From: an uncultured Gemmatimonadota bacterium
GTDB taxonomy: Bacteria > SM23-81 > DAOVCL01
NCBI GenBank assembly: GCA_964626665.1
Contig: CAZVGK010000004.1
Span: 64,001 to 128,000, forward strand
DNA: 64,000 nucleotides
Direction: 5' to 3'
A program made the translations under genes and the position numbers. The notes beneath the pieces were generated by a model, which ran no database searches, was not told the origin of the DNA, and saw only the letters and a list, made by a program, of their open reading frames with translations. The stretch's first letter is position 1, and each line of letters starts with the position of its first letter. This document shows positions 40,718 to 50,413 of this stretch, piece after piece.

Positions 40718-41990
40718 TGCCCCCTCCATCTGAGTTAATCCTCTCTATCTTTGCCCCCAGGGATTTAAGCTTTTCCTCCATCCTCTCATACCCCCTGTCT
40801 ATATGGTAGACTCTTAATATTTCAGTGGTTCCCTCTGCCTTGAGGCCGGCCAAGACCAGGCTGGCCCCAGCCCTGATATCGCTACACATAAGTGAGGCCC
40901 CCTCCAGCCTCTCCTGCCCAAAGACTGTGGCCTCGTTACCGCTGACCCTGATATCAGCCCCCAGCCTGATAAGCTCCATCACCTGGGAAAACCTCTCCTG
41001 AAAAACGGTTTCCCTGATGTGACTGGTTCCTGAGGCTACTGTGGCTAAGGCCATAATCGATGGCTGGAGATCAGTGGGAAATCCGGGGTAGGGGTAGGTA
41101 AGAGTGTTGGTCGGAGATAACTTCTGCGGGCCCTGAGCAGTTATCCAGTTCTCCCCTTCCTCAGTTTTCACCCCCATCCCCTGCAATTTCTGTAAGACCA
41201 TCCTCAGGTGATCGGCATTGGCCCCTTCCACCTTCACCTTGCCTCCGGTAATAGCTCCGGCCATCAGGTAGGTGCCGGCCTCCAGTCTGTCCCTCATAGG
41301 GAAGTAGTCAACAGCCTGGAGCTGGCTCACCCCTTCCACCTCAATCAAATTTGTGCCTGCCCCGGCTATCTTGGCCCCCATCTGATTTAGAAAACTGGCC
41401 AGATCTACAACCTCCGGATCAGTTGCCGCATTTATGATCTCGGTTTTCCCAGAGGCCAGAGATGCTGCCATTAAGATATTCTCCGTTCCGGTATGGGTGG
41501 GGCGATCAAAGGGGATTATCCCTCCCCTTAATCTCTGGGATGTGGCCCTGATATAGCCGTGTTCCTCCTCTACCTGGGCCCCCAATCGGCGAAAGCCTTC
41601 CAAATGGAGGTTGACGGGGCGCGGTCCCAACACACATCCCCCAGGGAGGGAAACCTCAGCCTGGCCGAACCTGGCTAAAAGTGGGCCCATTACCAGGAAA
41701 GAGGCCCTCATCTTCCTTACCAGATCATAGGGAGCCACATAACCGCTTAGATCTTGTGCGTCTATGGTCACGACCCCCTCTGAGGTGGACCTCTCCACCT
41801 GGGCCCCTAAGTTCTCCAAAACCTTGAGGATCCAGGTTATATCGGCGATGTCCGGGACATTCCTAATTGTGGTCTGCCCCTTTTTGGCCAGGAGGGAAGC
41901 GGTAAGAATGGGAAGGACAGCATTCTTGGCCCCTGCCACCCTTACCCTACCGGAGAGCCTCTTTCCCCCTTCTATCAGAAACTTATCCAT
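40710..41990 (-). CDS. murA: UDP-N-acetylglucosamine 1-carboxyvinyltransferase
   Basis: GAKNA, MRAS, LPGGC.LG.RP, PYPGFPTDLQ, HIDRGYE. Confidence 0.98.
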   Translation of the reverse strand: MDKFLIEGGKRLSGRVRVAGAKNAVLPILTASLLAKKGQTTIRNVPDIADITWILKVLENLGAQVERSTSEGVVTIDAQDLSGYVAPYDLVRKMRASFLVMGPLLARFGQAEVSLPGGCVLGPRPVNLHLEGFRRLGAQVEEEHGYIRATSQRLRGGIIPFDRPTHTGTENILMAASLASGKTEIINAATDPEVVDLASFLNQMGAKIAGAGTNLIEVEGVSQLQAVDYFPMRDRLEAGTYLMAGAITGGKVKVEGANADHLRMVLQKLQGMGVKTEEGENWITAQGPQKLSPTNTLTYPYPGFPTDLQPSIMALATVASGTSHIRETVFQERFSQVMELIRLGADIRVSGNEATVFGQERLEGASLMCSDIRAGASLVLAGLKAEGTTEILRVYHIDRGYERMEEKLKSLGAKIERINSDGGGSE

Positions 41991-42078
41991 TTAACCAACA
42001 AGTTAAAGGGAAAGTTCCCAAAAGTCAAGCAATTTCCCCGTCTAAATTGGAGAACCACAAGGATCAGTTATCAAAAGT

Positions 42079-42227
42079 GAGGTGGCAGAATCCGATTCTG
42101 CCACCACCTTCTCCTTCCGTCAGGTGAGGGCACCTGACGGCTCGTGGGGATTTATCAAGCCTTCAAGATGCGGGTCGCATAAAAGGTTCCTGTAACCTCC
42201 CGCAGGTTCCAAACCTGCGGGAGGTTT
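42079..42227. repeat. REP-like cluster
   Basis: GAGGTGGCAGAATCCGATTCTGCCACC, CCGTCAGGTG..CACCTGACGG, AACCTCCCGCAGGTT..AACCTGCGGGAGGTT. Confidence 0.85.
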
Positions 42228-42351
42228 ATACTTGACATCGTCAAATTAATCTATGTGTAACCCACAGAGTCACAGAGAAAAAATGCCTTAATTTGCCTCT
42301 CTGTCCCATAAACATGAAGATCTTGTTTTTTTAACAAAATTTTTCGTAGCA

Positions 42352-42480
42352 GCCGCAAAGCTACTAAGATCGCAGAGAAAATAAAAAGCAAGAGAGAGAT
42401 GAAATAAAACGATAGTTAATAATCTTTAAACTTTGAGACTTTGCGGTGAATTGTTTGGTTGTGGCTTCGCTGCGCCGTGA
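42352..42480. repeat. ~130-bp dispersed repeat, copy 1 (copy 2 at 47614-47743)
   Basis: Shared core GAGAGATGAAATAAAACGATAGTTAATAAT; CCGCAAAG...CTTTGCGG inverted ends. Confidence 0.85.
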
Positions 42481-42500
42481 GGACAATCCTGATAATTTTT

Positions 42501-42529
42501 GAAACAATATCCCCATTTTCCCGTCTATA
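42501..42529 (+). promoter_or_regulatory. Putative ECF-type promoter
   Basis: GAAAC-N16-CGTCTATA upstream of the DUF6249-like gene. Confidence 0.5.
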
Positions 42530-42559
42530 TGGGTAGATAATCGAACTTAAGGAGGGAAA

Positions 42560-42919
42560 ATGGGTTTTATACCTGAAACATTAGCAATACTTGTTCCCAT
42601 AGTGGCCATTATTGCGGGGATTGCCGTGGCCATAGTGGCCATTTGGACTGACTTCAAGAACAAGCAACTGGAACACAATTTGAAGCTCAAAGCCCTGGAG
42701 AAAGGGATAGAATTACCTGCTGAACCCCCTAAGCCTCGTCCCTATCCCTACCGTTCTGGGTTGATATGGGTTGTTATCGGAGTGGGAATGTTTGTGAGCA
42801 TCTGGGTATCTTCTGGCAGCCTTGAAGGGGCCATCTGGGGAATAGTCCCCTTTCTCATTGGCTTAGCTCTGATCATTTCAGTCAAGCTAAGGAAAGAGGA
42901 AGTTAGCTCGGAAGGATAA
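42560..42919 (+). CDS. DUF6249-like small membrane protein
   Basis: TM helix, 'ALEKGIELP', 'RSGLIW..IG.G', 'G.VPFLIGLAL'; AAGGAGG SD. Confidence 0.75.
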   Translation: MGFIPETLAILVPIVAIIAGIAVAIVAIWTDFKNKQLEHNLKLKALEKGIELPAEPPKPRPYPYRSGLIWVVIGVGMFVSIWVSSGSLEGAIWGIVPFLIGLALIISVKLRKEEVSSEG

Positions 42920-42969
42920 GGTTATGGTTCAGGAACTTTAACCCCAGTTTGTGCGTTTAAAGCTCCCTT

Positions 42970-43210
42970 GTAGGGGCTTGATTTATCAAGCCCGCGGGAA
43001 TCTGGTTGCATAAAGGTGACCTCTACATGCTTTTACCTTTCGGGTGTAAATGAACTCTTCACAATGAGATGGCAGAACTCCTGTTCTGCCACTTGGCTTT
43101 GCCGTCAGAACAGGGTTCTGACGGCTCGGACAGGCGATCTGACCGCTTAGCCGGTAGTTAGGTTGGGCAGTAAGCCCCTTTATTTTTTGAGGATGTTATC
43201 ATCCTAAGTG
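42970..43210. repeat. REP-like cluster
   Basis: GTAG-GGGCTTGATTTATCAAGCCC; GAGATGGCAGAA..TTCTGCCAC; CCGTCAGAAC..GTTCTGACGG; AGGATGTTATCATCCT. Confidence 0.8.
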
Positions 43211-43347
43211 GCTATTGGCAATTGCCTGCTGATGGTCAATAGCCACATAATGTCCTGTATGCTTGTCCACGAATTCCCCAAAATGCCCGACTGCCCAATT
43301 GTAAGCATCCATAATTACTTCCCTTATTTTAGGAAAGGACAACAAGC

Positions 43348-43566
43348 TTATGCTAATTCGACTTCCAACGGAATATGAACCTCTTTGGCCTTGTCCTTTT
43401 CTTTCAAAAAATTCAACTTTTCAAATCCTATAACTCTTCCCGCTTTATCCTTAACCAGAATCACCTCGTCTCCGGTCTCCTCACAGATATATTCCAAAGA
43501 GGGATCATCAAACCAGACATTGAGGGTGTTTCCCTCTTTATCAAAAAAGAGCCTTATTTTCTCCAT
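43348..43566 (-). CDS. DUF2283-family protein (putative antitoxin)
   Basis: 'FFDKEGNTL.VWF......E...DEVIL.KD..GRVIGFE.LN'. Confidence 0.85.
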   Translation of the reverse strand: MEKIRLFFDKEGNTLNVWFDDPSLEYICEETGDEVILVKDKAGRVIGFEKLNFLKEKDKAKEVHIPLEVELA

Positions 43567-43868
43567 ATCTGTCTCCCTTCTTTTATCTTCTCCGTAAAAT
43601 AGGCAGTGATGATAAAACCCTGATCATTTAGGTTTTTTACAACCACGCACAAGTATTTGTCCTCAAGATATAAGTAGTAAAGGTGAACGTTTTCATCGGA
43701 CTTACTCGCCCTAATTTCAAACGGGGTTTCTAAGGCTCGTTTAACCTCTTCTTCCTTACCTCTTATTGAAGGATGTTTAGTTTCAACGATCTTCTTCCAA
43801 TGGGATTTCGTGGCTCTAATTTGTTTTCCTAAGGGCGTTGTTACAAAGATACTCAATTCTGTGGCCAA
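43554..43868 (-). CDS. DUF4258-like/RelE-like putative toxin
   Basis: 'W..IV..KHP......V..AL..P..IR.S..D..V.LYY......CVVVK.....GFIITAY'. Confidence 0.75.
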   Translation of the reverse strand: MATELSIFVTTPLGKQIRATKSHWKKIVETKHPSIRGKEEEVKRALETPFEIRASKSDENVHLYYLYLEDKYLCVVVKNLNDQGFIITAYFTEKIKEGRQIWRK

Positions 43869-43908
43869 ATCAAGGATTCCTTTCCCTCTTGAAAGTTATA
43901 TCGTCATA

Positions 43909-44275
43909 CACTACTGTCCGGTTATTAGTTGAATAATGACAATTGCTTATAGCATTCGCCCTTCGGCTCTTTGCGCGCGAAATCCGTAAGCACCTGTAAG
44001 ATAGGCGATTTTTCGAAAATGGTGACGCTCAAAATCTGTAGAATTGTGTAGAAACTGAGGTCCAGATGAAGCCGTTTCTTAACAATGGCGACAAGGATAT
44101 ACACTGAGATGGCAATCCATATTGGAGTCTTCACAGCATTTTCGGATGTGCCGTAGAAAATGGAATGACCATAATATACAAAGGATTTGAAATCAATAAC
44201 AGTCATTTTAGCTCACAACTCAATTTAGTTAATGCAGTTACAACAAAGTCAAGAACAAATAACCGGACAGCAGTG
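43909..44275 (-). mobile_element. Internally deleted IS4-family element (367 bp) with TIRs and a 9-bp TSD
   Basis: TIRs CACTACTGTCCGGTTATT / AATAACCGGACAGCAGTG; ATCGTCATA at 43900-43908 and 44276-44284. Confidence 0.9.
43925..44160 (-). pseudogene. IS4-family transposase C-terminal fragment
   Basis: 'FYGTSENAVKT.IWIAISVYILVAI.KKRL.L..S.YTILQILSV..FEK.PI...QLSLF'. Confidence 0.85.
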
Positions 44276-44330
44276 ATCGTCATAGTTAATCCGATAAATC
44301 AGAGGATCAAAAGTGTAAATCTCTTGGTAG

Positions 44331-44694
44331 TTCTCTCTCCCCTGGTGGGAGAGGATTAGGGTGAGGGGGAAATGGGAGATAATTCTCATTCTCTCCTTAA
44401 TCCTCCCTCATCAAGGGGGAGGGTAGTGTTTTGGATGCCCGCCCTGTGGGCGGGGAGGTTCACTTTTGCTTCTACCCGGCTTTAGCCGGGGTAACCTCTT
44501 TGGGGCTTTAGCCTATTCTTAGGGTTTAAAGACCCTGAACCCGCACTAAAGTGCGGTAGAACACTTCTATCTATCTTTGTTTGAAACTCCCTTGAGGTAG
44601 CATCCCGATAAATCGGGATGCTACCTTTGCCGTCGGAATAGGGGTTCTCATAGCAAAGCCCTTCCTCGGACAGGTCTAAAGCCCTGTGCCTACA
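44331..44694. repeat. Mosaic cluster: TCTCCC..GGGAGAGG..AGGGTGAGGGG-type repeat, IS605-like end, four-hairpin unit (44470-44561), GTAG REP
   Basis: Direct reading; families shared with the other clusters. Confidence 0.8.
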
Positions 44695-44695
44695 G

Positions 44696-46147
44696 CTAAT
44701 CCTCAGGCTTAAGTTGGGGGAAGAGGATGACATCCCTTATTGACGGCTGATCGGTAAGGAGCATTACCAGTCGATCGATCCCTATACCCAGCCCTCCGGT
44801 GGGAGGCATCCCATACTCCAAGGCGGTGAGGAAATCCTCATCTATCTTGCTCTCCTCTCCCTTTTGAGCAGTAAGTGCCTGGAACCTCTCCCTCTGCTCC
44901 AAGGGATCATTCAATTCAGAAAAGGCATTACCCAGCTCCAGCCCTCCGATGAAGAGCTCAAACCTCTCCACCACCTTAGGCTTGCTGCGGTGAGATTTGG
45001 CCAAAGGGGAGATCTCCTGGGGGTAGTCTATGAGAAAGGTGGGTTGCCGTAGCTTGGGCTCGACCAACTGGTCCAACAGTTTTTCTATCAGCTTCCCCCT
45101 ACCGGAAAGCTCAGCGGTATCAATCCCCTGAGAACGGCAGAGCTCTTTCAGCTCCTCATCAGAGGCCCTTTCTATATTCAACCCTCCCCATTCCAAGAGC
45201 GAATCCCTCACCGCAATTCTCCTCCAGGGAGGAGAGAGATCCAACGCTTCCCCCTGACAATTTAGCTGCAGGGAACCGTTGAGGTTCTGGGCTAAACCCG
45301 TGATCATCTCCTCGGTAAGATCCATTATATCCTGGTAATCGGCGTAGGCCTGATAAAGCTCCAATTGGGTGAACTCCGGGTTATGAGTGCGATCCATACC
45401 CTCATTTCTGAAGTCCTTGCCAAACTCATAGACCATTTCGAATCCACCTACAATCAACCTCTTCAGATAAAGCTCATCTGCTATCCGCAAGAAGAGGGTT
45501 TGGTCAAGGGCTTGATGATGGGTGAGAAATGGTTGGGCAAAGGCTCCCCCATAAAGGGGTTGCAGGATGGGGGTCTCTACCTCCCAGAATCCTTTCTCAT
45601 CTAAAAACTTCCTCAGATACCTGATTGTCTCCGTCCTCTTTTCAAAAACCATCCTTGCCTGGGGATTGGCTATGAGGTCCAGATACCTTTGCCGGTATTT
45701 TAACTCCTTATCCTTTAAACCATGCCACTTCTCCGGTAGGGGATGCAGGGACTTGGAGAGGAGCTTCAGCTCCTCTACTTTTAGGGTGGGTTCGCCTGTT
45801 TTAGTCCTGAAGAGCCCTCCCTTTACCCCCAAGAAATCTCCCACATCCAGAAGCTTGAATAGGCTATAGGCCCCTTCTCCCACTTCATCCTGCCGGACAT
45901 ATATCTGGAGCCTTTCCTGGCCATCTGTGAGATGGGCAAAGCTGGTCTTCCCATGGCCCCGCAGGGAGATCAACCTGCCAGCCAGAGAGATAATCTCTTC
46001 TTTGGAGGAGAGGTCCTCAAAACTCTCAATAACGGCCCTTAAACTATAGGTCCTCTCAAACCGGTAAGGATAGGGATCAACCCCCAACTCCCTTATCTTC
46101 TCTAATTTCTCCTTCCTTGCCTGTAAAAGAAAGCTCTCCTTTTCCAA
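44696..46147 (-). CDS. lysS: Lysine--tRNA ligase (class II)
   Basis: [21 protein letters not shown]...[21 protein letters not shown]. Confidence 0.98.
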   Translation of the reverse strand: MEKESFLLQARKEKLEKIRELGVDPYPYRFERTYSLRAVIESFEDLSSKEEIISLAGRLISLRGHGKTSFAHLTDGQERLQIYVRQDEVGEGAYSLFKLLDVGDFLGVKGGLFRTKTGEPTLKVEELKLLSKSLHPLPEKWHGLKDKELKYRQRYLDLIANPQARMVFEKRTETIRYLRKFLDEKGFWEVETPILQPLYGGAFAQPFLTHHQALDQTLFLRIADELYLKRLIVGGFEMVYEFGKDFRNEGMDRTHNPEFTQLELYQAYADYQDIMDLTEEMITGLAQNLNGSLQLNCQGEALDLSPPWRRIAVRDSLLEWGGLNIERASDEELKELCRSQGIDTAELSGRGKLIEKLLDQLVEPKLRQPTFLIDYPQEISPLAKSHRSKPKVVERFELFIGGLELGNAFSELNDPLEQRERFQALTAQKGEESKIDEDFLTALEYGMPPTGGLGIGIDRLVMLLTDQPSIRDVILFPQLKPED

Positions 46148-46338
46148 ATTCCTCCTTAGTTGAACATTTCTGACAGGATGTTAGGATTTACAGGGTTTTT
46201 ATTCTATCCAGGGAAACATCGAGTGATACCGAAACTGTAAAAGCACACATTTCCCCTAAGGGTTTCTTGTCATTTCGGTGATTTTCGGTGTTTAATATTG
46301 TTAATCCTGTCCATCTTGACAATCCTGTTTAAAAATGG

Positions 46339-47440
46339 TTAAGCAGAGGGTGGCTTCCGCAACCAGGCCTCGATGAACTCATCGATATCCCCATCCATCA
46401 CCGCCTGCACATTTCCCTTCTCCAGTCCGGTGCGGTGATCCTTGACCATACTGTAGGGATGGAAGACATAAGACCTGATCTGGCTACCCCACTCTATCTT
46501 CTTCTTTTGGCTCTCCCTGCTGCTTCTCTTTGCCTCCTCCTTTTCCTGATAATGTCTGTAAAGCCTGGCCCTTAAGACCTTTAAGGCGTTTTCCCTGTTG
46601 CGATGTTGAGATCTTTCGGATTGACATTGCACTACTATCCCTGTGGGCAAGTGGGTAACCCTCACCGCCGAGGAGGTCTTGTTCACATGTTGTCCTCCAG
46701 CACCACTGGCTCGAAAGGTGTCTATCTTTAGCTCAGAATCCTCAAGCTTTACCTCAATGGAATCCTCCACCTCCGGATAGACCCAAACGGAAGCAAAGGA
46801 TGTATGCCTCCTCCGGTTGGCATCAAAGGGGGAGATACGCACCAACCTGTGCACGCCAGATTCGGCCTTAAGATAACCGTAGGCATATTCTCCTTTGGTT
46901 TCTATGGTAACGTTTTTTATCCCCGCCTCATCCCCTGGTTGCAAGTCCAGGACTAAAGCCTGGTAGCCCCTCTTCTCAGCCCACCTCAGATACATCCTCA
47001 TCAACATCTGGGCCCAATCCTGGGACTCCGTTCCCCCAGCACCGGGATGAATGGTAAGCAGGGCGTCCTTGTGGTCATCCTCCTCTGCCAAGAGGAACTC
47101 TATCTCCATCCCCCCGATGAGGTCTTCCAACCCCCTTATCCCCTCCTCTACCTCCTTTGCCGTGGGTTCATCCTTTTCCTCTTCGGCCAGTTGTAAAAGG
47201 AGGGATAGCTCCTCCAATTCCCCATTTACCTTCTGCCACCTCTCAATCAACCCTTTGTTGGCCTTTATGTGGGTCAAGATCTTCTGGGCAGCATTTTGGT
47301 CATCCCAGAAGCCGGGTTCTCCCAGCTTTCGCTCCAGCTCCTTAATCTCCGTTCGCTTCCTCTCCAGGTCAAAGATACCCCCTGATCTGGGAGAGCCTTT
47401 TGGTATAGCCACGCAGTCTATCCTCTAAATCCTCAAACAT
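46339..47440 (-). CDS. prfB: Peptide chain release factor 2, programmed +1 frameshift
   Basis: MFEDLEDRLRGYTKRLSQIRGYL then CTT TGA C; downstream SPF and GGQ motifs. Confidence 0.97.
47368..47383 (-). promoter_or_regulatory. prfB frameshift signal
   Basis: AGGGGG-TAT-CTTTGAC on the minus strand (internal SD plus slippery site). Confidence 0.95.
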
Positions 47441-47613
47441 CTCTCTCCCTTCTTTTAAGTGGATTTGATAACAATATATCAATTTCTTACTCCTTAAGTC
47501 AAATCCTTTTTCCCCTGCTTTATGAATTGACAAGAGAGAGGCCAATCCTTATTTTAAAAACGCCGATGCCGATAGGAATCGAGGCGAGGAGACCTCTCCC
47601 CAAAGGGGTATCT

Positions 47614-47743
47614 AACCGCAGAGCCACTAAGACCGCAGAGGAAATAAAAAGCGAAAGAGAGATGAAATAAAACGATAGTTAATAATTTTTAAACTTTGCA
47701 ACTTTGCGGTTAATTATTTTATTGCGGCTTTGCCGCGCTGTGA
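47614..47743. repeat. ~130-bp dispersed repeat, copy 2
   Basis: Aligns with 42352-42480. Confidence 0.85.
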
Positions 47744-47759
47744 ACAGTTGTTAAAAATA

Positions 47760-50258
47760 ATGTGTGAACTCTGGTCAAAGATAGAAGGACTTTTACCCCT
47801 TGTGCAGAAGCCATCCCGTTACACCGGGGGCGAGTTAAACCAAATCAGAAAGGATCCTCAAGGGGTAAAAGTCAAGGTGGTTTTAGCCTTCCCCGATCTC
47901 TATGAGGTGGGGATGTCCCATATCGGGCTAAAGATCCTCTATCATATCCTCAATCGTCGGGATGATGTCCTGGCCGAAAGGGTCTATGCCCCCTGGTCTG
48001 ATATGGAGGAGAAGTTAAGGGAGAGGGATATTCCCCTCTTCTCCTTGGAGTCCCATACCCCGCTCAAGGAGTTCGATATAATTGGATTCTCCCTTCAGTA
48101 TGAGTTGGACTATACCAACATCTTAAATATGCTCGATCTGGCTGGCATCCCCCTCTTCTCCACGCAGAGAGGGAGGGATAATCCCCTCATCTTGGCTGGT
48201 GGCCCTTGTAGCTTCAATCCTGAGCCCCTCACGGACTTTATCGATGCTTTTGTTATCGGGGATGGGGAGGAGGTCATCGAGGAGATAGTGGAAACCACCC
48301 AGGGATATTCGAAGAGGGAGGAGCTGCTGCAAATCCTCTCCCAGATCCCTGGCGTCTATGTTCCCTCCCTTTACCAGGCAGATAATCACAGGTTAAAGCC
48401 ACTCAGGGAAGGAGTCCCCGCGGCCGTTAAGGCTCGCAAGGTCAAGGAGCTTTTGTCGGAGTTCTATCCTACCCAGCCAATTCTTCCCTTTATGGAGGTA
48501 ATTCACGATAGAGCCGCAGTGGAGATTATGCGGGGGTGCACGCGCGGATGTAGGTTCTGCAATGCCGGGACCATCTATCGCCCGGTAAGGGAGAGGAAAG
48601 TAGAGGACATCCTCCAGGAAGCCCATCAGGTGATTGGGCATTCGGGTTGGGATGAGGTCTCATTTGTTTCCCTCTCCTCGCCTGATTACACCAACTTGCT
48701 CCCTCTCTTGGAGAGATTTCATAACCATCCCGGGGGAGGGAAGGTAGCCACCTCCATCCCCTCTATGAGGCCGGATACCTTTTCGTCCTCTTTGGCTGGG
48801 TGGCTGAAGAGGGTAAGGAAGAGCAGCCTCACCTTTGCCCCGGAGGCGGGAACAGAGAGGTTACGCAGAGTAATCAACAAGGATATCTCCGAGGATGACC
48901 TCTTCCGGACGGTGGAGATCGCCTACCAGGAGGGGTGGAACCTAATCAAACTATACTTTATGATTGGCCTTCCTACTGAGAGAGAGGAAGATATAAGAGC
49001 GATTTGGAGGATGGTAAAGGAAGTTTCCCGTATAGGAAAAAGGCTCGGAGGAAAGAAGGTAAACATCTCTCTCTCCCCCTTTGTGCCCAAACCCCACACG
49101 CCATTCCAATGGGAGAGACAGGCTACTCGGGAGGAGATATGGTCCAAGGTCGATATTTTAACTTCTTCACCTATTAAAGGAGCCCATTTCAAATGGAGGG
49201 ACTCCAAGGTTGCCCGATTGGAGGGAATACTGGGCAGGGGGAACAGGAAATTGGGGGGGGTAATCTATCAGGCCTGGAGGAAGGGGGCGAGGCTCGAGGC
49301 CTGGAGCGAGAAGTTCCAACCCCACCTTTGGGAGGAGGCTTTTGAGAGCGAAGAGATTGACCCTCAGGCCTATCTCGGGGAGATAGACCCCCAATCTCCC
49401 CTTCCTTGGGATCATATTCACAGTGGGGTAACAAAGGAGTTTCTTCTCCAGGAGAGGAAGAGGTCAAGAAGGGGGGAGCTCACCCCGGACTGCCGCCAGG
49501 TGGGCTGCCAGGAGTGGTGTGGGATCTGCGAAGATGGACTTGCCCCCAGGATTGATTCACCAGCAGAGGGAGAACCGATTAAGCTGGAATTTGGCCGGGG
49601 GGGAAAGAGAAAGTCGTACTTGCTGCCTCTTCAGAGGTTCAGGTATAGGCTCAAATACAGCAAGAGAGAGGAGTTGAGGTTCATCTCCCATCTCGACCTG
49701 ATGAGGGCCTTTATTCGAGCTATAAACCGCTCACAAATTCCTATCTCCTATTCAGAAGGATACCACCCCCATCCCAAACTGGCCTCTGGCCCCCCACTAC
49801 CACTGGGTTATACCTCCCAGGCAGAATACCTGGATATGGATCTTGCTAAACCATTTGCTGGGGATATAGCCGGCTATCTGAATGACTATCTCCCTCCGGG
49901 TTTGAGGATAGCTCAGGTCAAACCGATCTTATCCAAGGTTCGCTCCTTAAATTTTCTGCTTGAATATGGTGAGTATCTGGTGCGATTCCCCTTTTCTGAA
50001 TCCAGGGAACTAAGAGAGAGAGTTGAAGATTTAGGTGATAATTTTGTTGGTATTGAGGAGATAGTTTTTTCTGATGAGGAAAGTCAGTTGAGGATCCTCC
50101 TCAAAATCGGGGGGCAGAATCACACAAAATTGAAGGAGATTTTGGGGACAGGATTAGGTCTGAAGGAGGAGGAAATAGCCTTAGCTCGGATTGAGAGAAT
50201 CGGCCTCTATGCAAGAAGGGGGGGTAAGTTCCTCTCTCCTATGGAGGTGGAGGTTTAG
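47760..50258 (+). CDS. TIGR03960-type B12-binding radical SAM protein fused to a TIGR03936/DUF2344 domain
   Basis: 'KPSRY.GGE.N', FPDLYEVGMSH, CTRGCRFC, 'FISHLDL.R...RA..R','GYHPHPK'. Confidence 0.92.
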   Translation: MCELWSKIEGLLPLVQKPSRYTGGELNQIRKDPQGVKVKVVLAFPDLYEVGMSHIGLKILYHILNRRDDVLAERVYAPWSDMEEKLRERDIPLFSLESHTPLKEFDIIGFSLQYELDYTNILNMLDLAGIPLFSTQRGRDNPLILAGGPCSFNPEPLTDFIDAFVIGDGEEVIEEIVETTQGYSKREELLQILSQIPGVYVPSLYQADNHRLKPLREGVPAAVKARKVKELLSEFYPTQPILPFMEVIHDRAAVEIMRGCTRGCRFCNAGTIYRPVRERKVEDILQEAHQVIGHSGWDEVSFVSLSSPDYTNLLPLLERFHNHPGGGKVATSIPSMRPDTFSSSLAGWLKRVRKSSLTFAPEAGTERLRRVINKDISEDDLFRTVEIAYQEGWNLIKLYFMIGLPTEREEDIRAIWRMVKEVSRIGKRLGGKKVNISLSPFVPKPHTPFQWERQATREEIWSKVDILTSSPIKGAHFKWRDSKVARLEGILGRGNRKLGGVIYQAWRKGARLEAWSEKFQPHLWEEAFESEEIDPQAYLGEIDPQSPLPWDHIHSGVTKEFLLQERKRSRRGELTPDCRQVGCQEWCGICEDGLAPRIDSPAEGEPIKLEFGRGGKRKSYLLPLQRFRYRLKYSKREELRFISHLDLMRAFIRAINRSQIPISYSEGYHPHPKLASGPPLPLGYTSQAEYLDMDLAKPFAGDIAGYLNDYLPPGLRIAQVKPILSKVRSLNFLLEYGEYLVRFPFSESRELRERVEDLGDNFVGIEEIVFSDEESQLRILLKIGGQNHTKLKEILGTGLGLKEEEIALARIERIGLYARRGGKFLSPMEVEV

Positions 50259-50287
50259 TGTATCTGGTTCTTTTCCACTTTGGTTGT

Positions 50288-50400
50288 CAGGAGTTGAAGA
50301 GTTAATGAGTTATTGAGTTTTAATAGCTTATTTTTTTAGCACTCCCCTTTTCTAACTCATTTCCTCACTAACTCACCCTACTCATTTTACTCCTTAACTT
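50288..50400. repeat. Inverted degenerate octamer tracts
   Basis: GGAGTTGA AGAGTTAA TGAGTTAT TGAGTTTT ... AACTCATT ... AACTCACC ...TACTC. Confidence 0.6.
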
Positions 50401-50413
50401 GCCAAAATTTCCC

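Noticed and set aside
47561-47612. Possible riboswitch or leader RNA after the TTGACA-N17-TATTTT promoter (47527-47555)
   Set aside because: Only weak hairpins and no recognisable aptamer consensus.
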